A stretch of DNA of 63,831 bases, the filler included, from Xylographa opegraphella (taxonomy: Eukaryota), in NCBI GenBank assembly GCA_022813865.1. It is 5 parts of 5 records of this genome, joined end to end, with 100 filler letters (N's around TTAATTAATTAA, not from the genome) between each part and the next. Parts side by side here need not be neighbours in the genome. Positions count along the whole stretch, not along the records: positions 14,952 to 28,978 come from JALDZX010000157.1; positions 29,079 to 42,982 come from JALDZX010000158.1; 3 more parts are not named here. The stretch is one strand, 5' to 3'. Positions within the stretch are counted from its first letter, which is position 1, and the number at the start of each line of letters is the position of its first letter. A program made the position numbers and the translations under genes. Below, piece after piece: positions 24,901 to 36,683 of the stretch. Under the pieces are notes generated by a model. The model made no database searches and was not told where the DNA came from. It was given only the letters and a program-made list of their open reading frames with translations.

Positions 24901-27900
24901 TCGAACATTCCTCACCGCTATCGATAGTGTCGGGGAACACCGTCCGCCGGCCGCAGACGCGATCACGGCCACTCCAGGCCAGTCATTCCTTTGTGTGTCC
25001 TCTGAAAGGAAGCACTGAGGGGAAACTCGCGTTCTTACATAGTACATAGGATGGGCATGAGTCAGATACACGGCTGCGACCGTCTGAAAGCGAAGCGTGA
25101 GGTAATAATGGTCTGGGACGAATGGGGGATTCGCGTGCAGCATGACGCCTGTCCTCAGCGATTGGCAACACCATCCATCTTGGTGGTGGTGAGGCCTGAC
25201 AGGCTGACAGGCGACCATTCTCAGCCTTTCCGCCTGCGTTCGCCTAAGTATGCAGTATTGACATGGCTGCGCACTCCTTTGGAGCCTTCCCAACCATTAT
25301 TAATAACCACAGCTTGCTACCGAGTCCAGACGGTATTCCCGATCGTGGCGTCGCGGGCTGCATACATATGGCAATCGTGATGCAGCGCTCCCTGTTGGTC
25401 GGCTATATCGAGCGCTCACATGATGCCCTCCAGATGCGATGATTGAACAACTGATCGGCCACGTCTGACCGCTTGTGCGCGATCAGCGGTGGTCATCATG
25501 TTACATCTTCATGCGCAGAATATTGGGCCGTGTTCCTTTCTGTGTGACGTGCCGTGTAGGATTTCGAATTGCAATTTGTGTTGTATTGTTGGGCTGCACC
25601 CCTCAACAAGTCGTGTCGTCAGCGGCCAGTCTGACGTTCACGTTCCTTTTTCGCAGGATGTGAAAAGGGTGTGGGAAACCCCCACGCCACCCGAGAGGTG
25701 GGTGACCACTGACCAATGCGACTGCCTCGGAACTTCCACTGTTGTTCCAATTCACTGAAACTGGATCCATGCTTGCCACGATGCTCGTTCGCTGCAAACG
25801 TAATCTTATCATCCGTGCTGGAACTGAAGTTGCTTCTTCGTGATTGGAGCCGCGCAGGGCTTCGTCGGGGGGGTTTTCCTAATCAGTGCTTCATCCAGCC
25901 GTGCTACGCATGGCCACTTGTGACTTGATAGGAATGTCGGTGTCGAGGCTCTCACGCCGCACGTCGTACTACGATAATGGGTCATTGGAAGGATTGATTC
26001 AACAGACAATCTTCACGCGGTCAGCATCGGGACGTGTAGGCCATGTAACGCCTGCGCTTCGGGCCGTCCACGACCAATCATGTAACGCAAGATATCTATT
26101 GCAGGTAAGCCGCGCAGGTCTATGGAGGTACGAAGCTCGAATAGTCGTCCTCACACCGGGTATCCAGACTCGGAAAGATGAGATGTGTGCCCAAGCGAAG
26201 TTCATCTGGATGCGATCCGTAACACGGGTACTGGTAATACGGGAAATTGAACACAGCATACATCTGAAATGCAAGATCGGCCGATCGCTCGACATTGGCT
26301 TGATACCCAGGGGAAAGGTAAGCCGGTTGATGCATACTACGGAGTACCTTAGGACTCTGTGATCGCCGGCGAGGGTTCCAAGGACTTACCTCCGCATGCG
26401 ACGCTGCGCAACAAACAATTCTCCCTCCTCGGAGTAAAAAGGTCTCTCAATAGGTTCCATGACGTGAGTGGCCGCTCCAGCGGGCGACAGGAACAGGAAA
26501 CGGTGTCACTCGCACACCTTCACGGCCAAACGATGGCACCCTTTCGACCTGTCCGACAGGCCACACCCCTCGCAAACAACACCCCCATGAAACTCGACAT
26601 GGCATGTAAACCAGCCAGCAACGCCGCCGCAGCTTGAAGGCATCCTTCTACCGGGGTTGACTCAAGGGGCCGGCCGAGTGTCATCCCCAGTCGATGGATC
26701 GCTCCCACGTGGCCAGGATGGCCCCCCCTTCCCCTTCTGCGAGGCCCCGTTCGTGGGGTCGGTAGCCGGCCGACAGATCGACCTTGTGACTCGGCCCCCC
26801 CAGGGGGTCAGGAATGAAAGGTACATACCCTCTCGAATCGTGCGCCGGTTCCTGTCGGGGAAAGGCTCCATGACCTCGCGTACTTGCTTTTTCTTGCCGG
26901 GTCTCAGGTCGGAAGTAGTGGGGAGAGCAGAACATCGACAGCAGGCTTTGCGGCGACGGGCGGAAGTGAAGAAGGAACGTAGTTTGCAGAGCCGGGAGTA
27001 TACTGGTCAGGAGCCTCCAGCCACCACGTTGGACGGGCCCCGGGAGAGAAGTCCCGCGGGGGGAGCCGTTGGATCCTGCCCGTTTTCGTCGCGAACCCGA
27101 CCCGGCGCCTCCATCGGTGGTGGTGGTGCCCATCCGTTCTGCGAGACGTGTGCTGAAGACGGATGCAATACTTCATCATCGACCTTCAACGTTACCTAGA
27201 CTTCAGCGCTCACATGTTCGCAACGACCCCCACGCCTCCTCCTCATCCTCAACCTGCTCCCTCCTCCCGAAACACGAAACCCTTCCATCCTCCCAAAAAT
27301 CTCAACTCCTCAAATCCATCCCATTCCCCCAATTGCTAGTAGTAGTAAATCCGCCCTTATCACACTCCCTTCCCGCATCCCACCTTCCTCATCCGGCCCC
27401 CCTGCTTACGCCAACGCTTTATCACCCCTACGTACCTAATAGTACCCAGGTACCTTACCTTACCTTTCCCAGGCAAACGCCACGCCCCGCGACGCTCGCT
27501 TCGCCGGAACGCCCTCTTAGCGTCCGCGCGCTCCTGGGCTGCTGGCTCCCGCGGGGCCCCCTGCGTCGGTAAGGGAAGGGAAGCGAGATTTTAGCTCCCG
27601 TGCGGAATATGCGGTGATTGTGATTGTGATTGTGACTAGGTACTCCGTAAGGGGGGGAGGTGATGTTGAGTAGAAGGGGAAGGGGTAATCGATCGATCGA
27701 TGCGCGGGTGAGCTGGCTGCGCAGATCGTGGGGAGGGGAGGAGGGAGGAGGGAGGATCGTGGTGGTGGAGAGATTGGGTGGGGGTTGAGATGGGGGGATT
27801 GGGGGGCTTTTTGGAGATGTTTGGATGGGGATGGTTGAATAAATGGGAAGGGTGTTTTTGTTCTTCTCGTTTTGAAAAAGATGTCGCGGGAGTGGAGAAG

Positions 27901-28916
27901 TGCTTGGTACCTTTTTGCCTTTGACTTACCTTACCCACTACTACTAGAATGTGCATGAGGGGGAGGAAAACGCTTGGTCACTGATCCGTAAGCTTTTTCT
28001 CTCCTCGCTCGCGGCTTACATAGGTGGAGGCCAAGCGCACTTGCTGTCCAGCCTGTCGAGCGCCCGGGGGGGGCGGGGGGGAGCACGTGGTTTGTGGAGC
28101 GGGGGCTTGGCGCTTACTTTGTTACCACGGGTTGGGGTCTACTCGGGATCGGGGGTTGAGGAAAGCTTAGTGGAAGGGAAGTATTGTGTAGGTACCTAGG
28201 GAGTGTTTGAGGGGATTGGCTGGGGGAGGGACTGGATCGCTGATTGTGGGTTTGTGGAGACAGCGTGGGTAAGGTACGGCAAGGTAGGTATGTTCGTTCA
28301 GGTAGTCTACATACCCAGTACGATAGACTAAGGTAACCGCGTCCGGTACCTACGCAGGTACGGGTCGAAGCTCAAGGTACTTTATGTATATATTCATACC
28401 ATGTACTGCGTAAGATAATCAGTCGGCAAACAAAACCACATTCCATCCGATTTAACGATTCCTGTCTTTTCGTCCGAGCTTAATTTTCTACCTCTTCCCC
28501 TGCCCTACCTTAGCTTTGTGCTTTATACTTCGCCGAAGTTTGCAAAACTGCCGTGAAACCTCCTGGCCGGCTTTCTAGCAAAGTACCGACCGCGGCCTTG
28601 GCGGCAGGGCACGGTTGGGGGCGGTCTGGCTGGGCCCTTTTTGAGCTTGGCGGGCGCGGCCCCGGGGCCGCGGAACCGGGGGATGGGGGGAAGCTCCGTG
28701 TACCTTACTGTGGTAGGATAGTGGGGTTTGGGATGGAGTTGGGGGCGGAGGTGAGTTCAGGGTGGAGGTGGAGGGGGAAAGGGAAGGGGATGGGGGGTGA
28801 GTGCTTTGTGTTTTGCTGGGTTGTTATTTTTGTATCTGTCTTCTATGGACAAGTAGATGGTTGTTTGGGGAGGGGGAGAACTAGGCCACTGTCGTGATTG
28901 TACGGTGTGGGCCTGG

Positions 28917-28978
28917 TGTTACGGCTCGCTATCTCACCAGAAAAGCAGGCCTAGAACCACAGCTATAGGTGAGCGATT
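28917..28978 (-). mobile_element. Family A LTR, 3' part, cut by contig end
   Basis: Reverse complement of 723-784 with one difference. Confidence 0.9.
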
Positions 28979-29078
28979 NNNNNNNNNNNNNNNNNNNNNN
29001 NNNNNNNNNNNNNNNNNNNNNNTTAATTAATTAANNNNNNNNNNNNNNNNNNNNNNNNNNNNNNNNNNNNNNNNNNNN
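28979..29078. other. Artificial contig linker
   Basis: N-TTAATTAATTAA-N. Confidence 0.97.
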
Positions 29079-30744
29079 GCGTGAGGAAGGAAGCTCCAAA
29101 TCAAAAAGCGCCCAAAAGACCCGCCCCGAATCCACCACATTAACTTTCTGTACAAATATATTAATATAAAAAATTTAATACTTTATATAAATTTTATTTA
29201 ATTAAATTATTTCAGCTCAACTCAACTCAATTTAAAAAAAATACAATTTAATTTTAAAAGAATTAACCCAGAGTAAATTAAATTGTTTATTGAATAATTT
29301 AGCCCAATTCAATTTATGTCGCAATATATTTATAATTATAAATTTGACTTCATAATATTATTATATAATTACGAATTTTGTAATTAAGCGCTTATTTTAC
29401 AAGTGATAATATTATTGACATTATTTAATTATTTAAAATATTAAAAATAGCTCGTTTATTTTATTAATTAAAAAATTTAGCTTTTTAGCGAATTATTATT
29501 TTACAAATCAAATTTAATATTATTTCGCAAAAAACTTTCATTTATTTTCTTATTTTATAAATATAAAAATAGTTTTTAATTAATATGTTTATTATTCCTA
29601 AATCGTGCAATATTTAAAAGTTTTTATATCACTATAAATAACGTGATTTTTTATTTTCCGAAAATTATTTTATTTTATTTTATTAAAGCCATTTTTAATA
29701 ATAATTTTTATATTTATCGTAATTTCTTCGATCGAAAATGCCATAATAATCCGAGTTTACCTTCGTTTCGAAACTTTTATTAAAATCGATGATTAACTCG
29801 TTCGATACGTTTTTTTATTCTTTAAAAATTTCGTGAAATAAATTATAATGGACAACGTTAATTTTACTAATTTTTAAGTTTATCGATTACCTCAAGCAAT
29901 ACGGGCAAAATCTTTAAAAAATTTAATTCAAAATTAAAATTAAACAGTTAATAAAATAACTTTTAAATTTAACGTAAATTTTTTTATTAAGTTATTTTAT
30001 ATTTAATATTAACACTTTTGCAGAAAATAAATATTAGAAGAGTTGTTACATCAGTAAAAAAAACGAACATTCGATCAAAAAATATACTTTTTACGCAAAA
30101 AGCAAATTTGTAAAAATAGCATATACTTTTTAATTTTTATATATTTTTTGTATATTTTTTCCGTATTTCATACGTTCAGTACGATTAGCAAGTTTCTGAT
30201 TAAATTAAAAAATTTAAAAAAACGTTTCAAAATGATTAATTCGCTTAAATAGATATTTTAGAATTATTAAAAATAAATAAAAAATTCATTAAGCAAAAAA
30301 CATTTTTCGAAAAAAATCTTTTGAATCCCTTTAAGCAGATCTTTTATTAAATTTATATAAATGATATCACTACGTAACTAGGTTAATTTTACGTAAAAAG
30401 TTTAAATTTTTTCAATTCTTTAAATTACGTTGAATATTTATAAAGTTACAGCGTTAGCGAATATTTACGAATAATATTCGTTAGTTTAAAATTTTAAAAT
30501 TTATTTTATTTTCAATTATTTTTAGTTATTGTTAACTAAATTTTAAAAACGTATTAAAACCGTATTAAAACCGTATTAAAAACGTATTTTAAACCTATTT
30601 TCCATATAAAAAAACTTTATCAAAAGAGTTAAAAGCAATTTTTTTATTAAACGTGCTAAACGTACTGAATATATTAAATACACAAAGAGCATACTTTTTA
30701 ATCGATTTATAAAATCTGGAATTTTAAGCAAGGATTCTTTTCGC

Positions 30745-30975
30745 TGCTAATAATTTAATTAATATTTTAAATTAAATTCCTTAATAAATAAATAAAAAAG
30801 TATAATAATATATTTATCATTTTAAAAAAATAATAGTTTTCGTATAAAATTATATTAAAAGTTTTTATTTTATAAACTAAATTAAAATATAAATTAAATA
30901 TATTTTTTATAATACAAGAAATTTTTCGCTTTGTATAAAAGTTTTATTTCTATATATTTTTGGTATTTTTCACAA
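30745..30975 (-). repeat. RIP-degraded fragment of the 8888-type gypsy LTR
   Basis: Colinear with 13820-14010 (AAATTAAATTC.TTAATAAATAAATAAAAAA, TTTTCGTA..AAATTATATTAAAA). Boundaries approximate. Confidence 0.7.
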
Positions 30976-31129
30976 AAGTACTCGATAATAACTTTTGATA
31001 TTTCTTGTAATAATATTTAATAATAGCCTTTAAATACTGTCTTTAAAGGTATTTAATAATACGAAAATTAATAAATCTGGTTGCGCGACTTACCCGGTGA
31101 GAATAAAAATCTTAATGTTTTTTACCTTA

Positions 31130-32564
31130 AAACGCGATATTATTTAAAATTTTAGAATAAAATTTAATTTCAATAATTTAATAATTCTTTTCTTAATATT
31201 ATAAATTTCTCGTGCGTGTGAATTTATTATTTTATTTTTTCTATATTTTTCCAGAAGCGAATAAAAAATAGCTAAAACTTTTTAATAATATTAAAAATAA
31301 TTATTAATATAAAATTTATTATTATAATTTTCTTTTCAAATTTTTTTAATCGTGATCGAGTTTAGTTTCTTATAGTTTATAAAATTATTTATTATTTATT
31401 AATTTATCAATAAAAAATATTTACATATTTATGTTTTAACGAGTTTTATTTATTTTTAATCGTTTAAAGTTTTTATACGCGTTTTTAATTAATATCGTCG
31501 ATATAAATAATTATTTAATAATACGTTTTTACGTTATTTTTGATTTATTTCACCCGTTAATTATTATTAAATATAACGACAAAACTTAAATTGTTTTTTT
31601 TAAAAAATCAAAGATCAAAAAAATTGAATTATTAATTAAAATACTATTTAAATTTATAAAAACGATTACAGCGTAAACGTTAAATATTTATTTAATCATA
31701 TAAAATACTTACTTGAATATAAAATCACTTTAGCGAGAATAAATCATTAAAATTAATTTATTTTATTAATAAAGAGAAAGAGCGATTAAAATTATAAAAT
31801 TTAATAAAATTTTCAACGACAAATATTTTATAAAATTATAATATATAATATGATTTATCGAGTTTTAATTTATTTATAAATTAATTAAAATAGATTTTTT
31901 TTAAATAATATAAAATTTAATTTGCGATAGAAAATATTATTAAAATAAAATATTTATAATCGTATTGAGCTATTAATAAAAATATATATATATATATTAA
32001 CTTCGCCTAATTAAATGTCGCAAATATTATAAACTTTCGAGTTATAAATAATTTATTGATTTTTTAAAAACGCGTAATAATAACCGCGTATATATATATA
32101 TTTATTTTTATTAAAAGAATGGCGTAATAAAGAATTATAAAATTTCTTTCTTTCTTTAAAACGCGTCATAAAGATCGTTTAATATATATATAAATATATT
32201 ATTTTTTATTATAAAAAACGCGTAATAAATAATCTTGTTATTTATTAATACCGAGTTTGGTAATAAATTATCGAGTATTAAATTATTTTATATAATTAAT
32301 TATTTTAATCGTTGCGCGAACCCGGGTTTATAATCAATTAAAATAAAACAATGAAATTAATATTATAAAATTAATGTTTTATTAAATTATTTATTAAAAT
32401 ACATAAAAAAGAACTTTTTTGTATATCATTACGTTTATTTAACAATTATATTAATTTAACGATTACGTTAATTTAACGATTACGTTAATTTAACAGCAGA
32501 TTAACGTTTATATTGCTTTCAAGTAACATAAAGAGTATTTTATTAAACGACGTTATTTTCAATA
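31130..32564 (-). mobile_element. RIP-degraded Ty1/copia 5' end (LTR, PBS, gag region)
   Basis: Minus strand starts TATTGAAAATAACG; PBS relic GATTATAAACCCGGG at 32335-32321. Inverted homology to 36684-38185. Outer boundary approximate. Confidence 0.75.
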
Positions 32565-32993
32565 TAATATAATTTTAAAATTTTTAATAACGCGTTGACA
32601 TTGAGAAATAACTTTAAAACAGGGTTATGAAGCAGGAAAAGAATGTTTTGCCCTAAAAAATATTATTGACATTTTTACTTGTTTTTTACGCATGGCTTTC
32701 GGGGCGAAAGCCTTTTTTTATAACGGGCATTTGTCGCAGGCGTAGGCTTGCCTTTCTTGCAAAAAAAGGCCTAGTTCGGGTTTAATTCGTGCCTGCCTGC
32801 CTAATTCGGGCCTGCGCTCCTGCCCTGATTCTGACAGGGCCTGTGGGCCTCCATATTTATAGCAGAGCTTTACAGCTCTTAAACACCATTCTTCTTACAT
32901 ACTATAATACACTACGTCTTCACGAGTACAGTTGTAGCATAATGCTGTCCATTGCCACAGCATTATTGATAGTACTGCATCTCCACTTTGAGG

Positions 32994-35900
32994 CTAATCA
33001 TCATCATCATCGGTTTCGTCCAGACTTAACCACGAGGATCTGCATTCGACGGCCTCTTTTCTGACGTGCCGTTTTGAGTCATCCAGAACTATCAAAATGC
33101 CTTTAGTAACAGCAACTCGAAATGGAAGCAAGGTCCTCTTTTCTAACTTGCCAGGGAGGCTTCTCAAGCATCGCGTGGCACTGTAGCGTGCTTTCTAAGT
33201 TTCGAATGAGCAATTTCCACTGGCTTCAGCGAATCTGCACACTTACCGGTGTATTCGATTTTGGATCTGCAGCACACTTTAGGAGCTGACTCACCAGATT
33301 AAAGATGTGTCCCTGTACAGCTATTGGATTTTCGTGGCAGATCATAGTAATTGTTTCGATACTGGCAGCTTTAACATCTGAGTCGTCGAGATATAGGCTT
33401 TGTAATAGTAGTGGAAGCAGAGTTTCGAGTTCGGGCAACAATACTTCAGGCGCGATGAACCGGAGTATCCCGGATAATGCTATCAATAAGTTTGACTTGA
33501 CCGTTGTGTCGGACTTCTTGAATGCTTTTGCGATCTCCGGCATACAAATATTGAATACTTTCTGGTTGGCCAAGATTCGGATCACGGCCCCATTTTCTTT
33601 AGAGACGATCTCATCTGGCGCTAGAAGCAGCACAAAGCCACGAGCTGCAGTGTTTCCGTGAATTTTGCTGTTCAACAGAGCTAGTAAACGATGTAGTAGC
33701 TCGTCTGTATCTGCCAGTTTGAGTATGAGCCCTTTTGCGATCCAAAAGACAGCGCGAATAGAATTTGTCGAAAGGTTGTTCGTTTGTAATAGGCCTATTA
33801 TTGATGACCATAGGATATCTGTTACATAGTGTAGACAATTATTTGGTGTGAACTTGTTGACAAGCAGTGCAGTCTGTTGCAAAAGTGAATCACGAATGAC
33901 GTGAGAGGTTTCAAATACCGACATTCGCACCAGATCGTTAAGAAGATCTGCCGAAGCAGGATAATGATAGGGTAGTGAAACCTATTGGGATTAGCGGCCT
34001 TGTCATACGATGATTGGTTGCATAACCAACGTCTTTAGCAACGCCCGCCAGAAGATAGGTTGAAAGAACCATAGTTCGTTTTTGAGTCTCTGACACATTC
34101 TGCCTGAAAGGTACCGGAACAAACATCACTCCATCAGAGAATAAAGTGTATACTTGTTGAGCTACGGATCGTTGCTTACGTGTATCCAACGTACGAACAG
34201 TCAAGCAACACAAACGGCCCAGTAGCTCCATCGTTCGGGTTTCGGTCAGAGTCATGGACAGTCCTACCCTTGTGCTAGCGATTGCTGCTCTGCTAAGGAT
34301 TCCAGCAATCTTGTCGAAATAAATACCCAGGTTAGGATCCGAGGTTAAACTTCGTTGATAAAAAACATAGTGCAGGGTTGAGAGTATTGCATGAGGATAG
34401 GATAGGGGTACGGAATTCAGCAAAATAATGTCTAGTCGGCTGAGCAGTCGTCGAATAAGCGTGTCAGAAGTGGACCGCTCGACACTGATGCGGGCTAGGG
34501 CTTCCAATGTAAATTTATAATCGTTATTATCTTTTGGCACAATCTCAGGGAGTGTGGCCATGAACGCAGGGAATGTAATGTCCAGTATTATGGCTGGCTT
34601 CATCATCGAGATGTCAACCAGGCCTTGCAACGCGGCATTTCTCAGGCCATCCGTCCCCAAGGTATTCTCAGATAGCACGATTTCGTCGAAGTATTGGACG
34701 GCCATTCCAACCTCATTCTCCTTCAAATAAGCTTGCAGGCAACAGAGAAGTAGAAGAGATTTCAACGCCACGACTCGGAACGAAACCTCCTCTTTTGCAG
34801 TGCTCATTAGTGCTTGGCTGAAAATCTCAAAAAGACTGTCCTTGAATGACTGTAAGGGATTCTCCGGGTTAGGGCGTTTCGCATTGGAAGCAACACCGTA
34901 ATAGATTTGCGTAGGCTTTAGGATTTCCAAGAGAGCCTCAAGCAGCGCCCTTTGTTTAGAAGTGCTGTTCGCATCCCAGTAAAGAGCTAACAGGTGTGGC
35001 ACGACTGACCTCACCACTAAGACTAGTGCCAAGGATGATGCAGTCCCGATTGAGTGGAGTATTTGACCTGCGGCCTTCGATTGCTTATGCAGTGGAGCCT
35101 CTAGATACTCACTACATTCTTTCATGATCGGTCTCATATAGGTTGCTAGAGGAGACTGCGGATCGGTAGAGGTTGGGCCATTACTAAGCCGCTCCGCGAT
35201 TGCTCTGATGGCTACAAGCGCTTCTTCCGCAACATCCTCTTCCTGAACATTGAGGATCTCGTATTTAAGCGAATCCCAGAAGATAGTTGAGTAAATGGTC
35301 ATGGTGGTGATGTCGTACGATGACACACATGCTGTGATCGTTTGCAAGACATCTTTCTTAACACCTGGAGACGAAGAGTCGAGTTTGTCAATTAGCTGTG
35401 GGAAGGCATAAGGTGCAAAGTACTGTGTTGCTGCGATACAACCGCGCAATCGAGACTTGAGGTCCTGTGCAGTGATTCCGTAAGGATCATCGGGTGGTGG
35501 TCGAAAGGTAATCGGAAAGTAACAGAAGACGGCATCGAAGAGATTCTGTGCGTGGTCGACGATATCCCATTCAACCATGATAACCTTTAGGATTGAAAAT
35601 ACGATCATCAAGTTCCTTGGATCTTTCTCTCCACTGACAAGGTCCACAATACCTACCAAGGATTCGCTATGCAGACTTTTGATTGCAGAACGATGCTTCG
35701 ACATCAATCCATTAAGAAATTCTAGGATCTGGAGCCTTTGGGGCTGTAGGCGGATCTGTAGGTCCTGGAAACGCTCTAGCATTCTATTGAGCATATTAGT
35801 ATTAAGATATGTACTACGCCGCAAGACGTATTGAGAGAAGTATCGTCTTCGCGATTCCTGCCATGCAATTTGAGAACCTAAGGACCTGAAAAAGTACAAC

Positions 35901-36334
35901 AAGGCTTGTCCTTAATTCACTTACTCACGCTCTTAGTACCATAATCGCCATATCTTTGGTGAATCGCTCAAGCTCTTGAAGCTTCGCGAGCCCATCGAGA
36001 GCACCGCCATCTTCGATTCTTTCACAGAGGAACTGACACAAGACATGTATTTGTTGCCGACTAAGGAATGTTGGGTCGAGGGCTTTAATGACTTGCGAAA
36101 GAAACGTGACTGCTCTCGAACGTAGTATGGCATCCTCATCAACAATATACTCCCCTAAGGACTGCACAATCGCAAGTAAAGTTAATTGCTGAGATTCCAG
36201 TTCTGCGGTGGACGTAAGCTTTCGAAGCACAAAAGAGAGGCAAGCTCTATACTTGACGCTGCTCCTCGGGCAATTACTGAAGCCTCTCCTTTGTCCCTGT
36301 CCACCGTAAGTAAATAGTTTCGCACATCAGACAT
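32994..36334 (-). CDS. MMS19: MMS19/MET18 cytosolic Fe-S cluster assembly targeting factor (multi-exon)
   Basis: GEKDPRNLM and FCYFPITFRPPPDDPYGIT motifs; C-terminal LDDSKRHVRKEAVECR; HEAT-like composition. ATG 36334 (MSDVRNYLL), TAG 32996-32994. GT-AG introns separate the ORF-track segments. Confidence 0.95.
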
Positions 36335-36683
36335 ATCTGCAGACGGGTTGCGAGGTTATAATATTATTCTGCAAAAAAACAGGGGGCATTTGGCCAAAAT
36401 CTGAAGTGTTGAGAATAAATTCCTGGAATTTCGTAAAGGCTTGGCGAGGTATTACTGTTTATTCGAGTTTTTGAAATGGAGTTAAAAATGATGGAAATGT
36501 TGTAATATAATGAATTCATTATAAAGAAATATTGTAAATCAATGATATATTAAAATTTATAAATTTCAATAACATATTTTAATTAAATTATATTATTATT
36601 ACGAATTTTAAACTCGTGATTTAAAATAATAATGTAAAATTTTACTCTTAAAATTTCGTAATTTTTATTTATGTTATTTATAT

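Noticed and set aside
32620..32827. Possible hAT MITE (CAGGG...CCCTG ends)
   Set aside because: Terminal match is weak and there is no 8-bp TSD.
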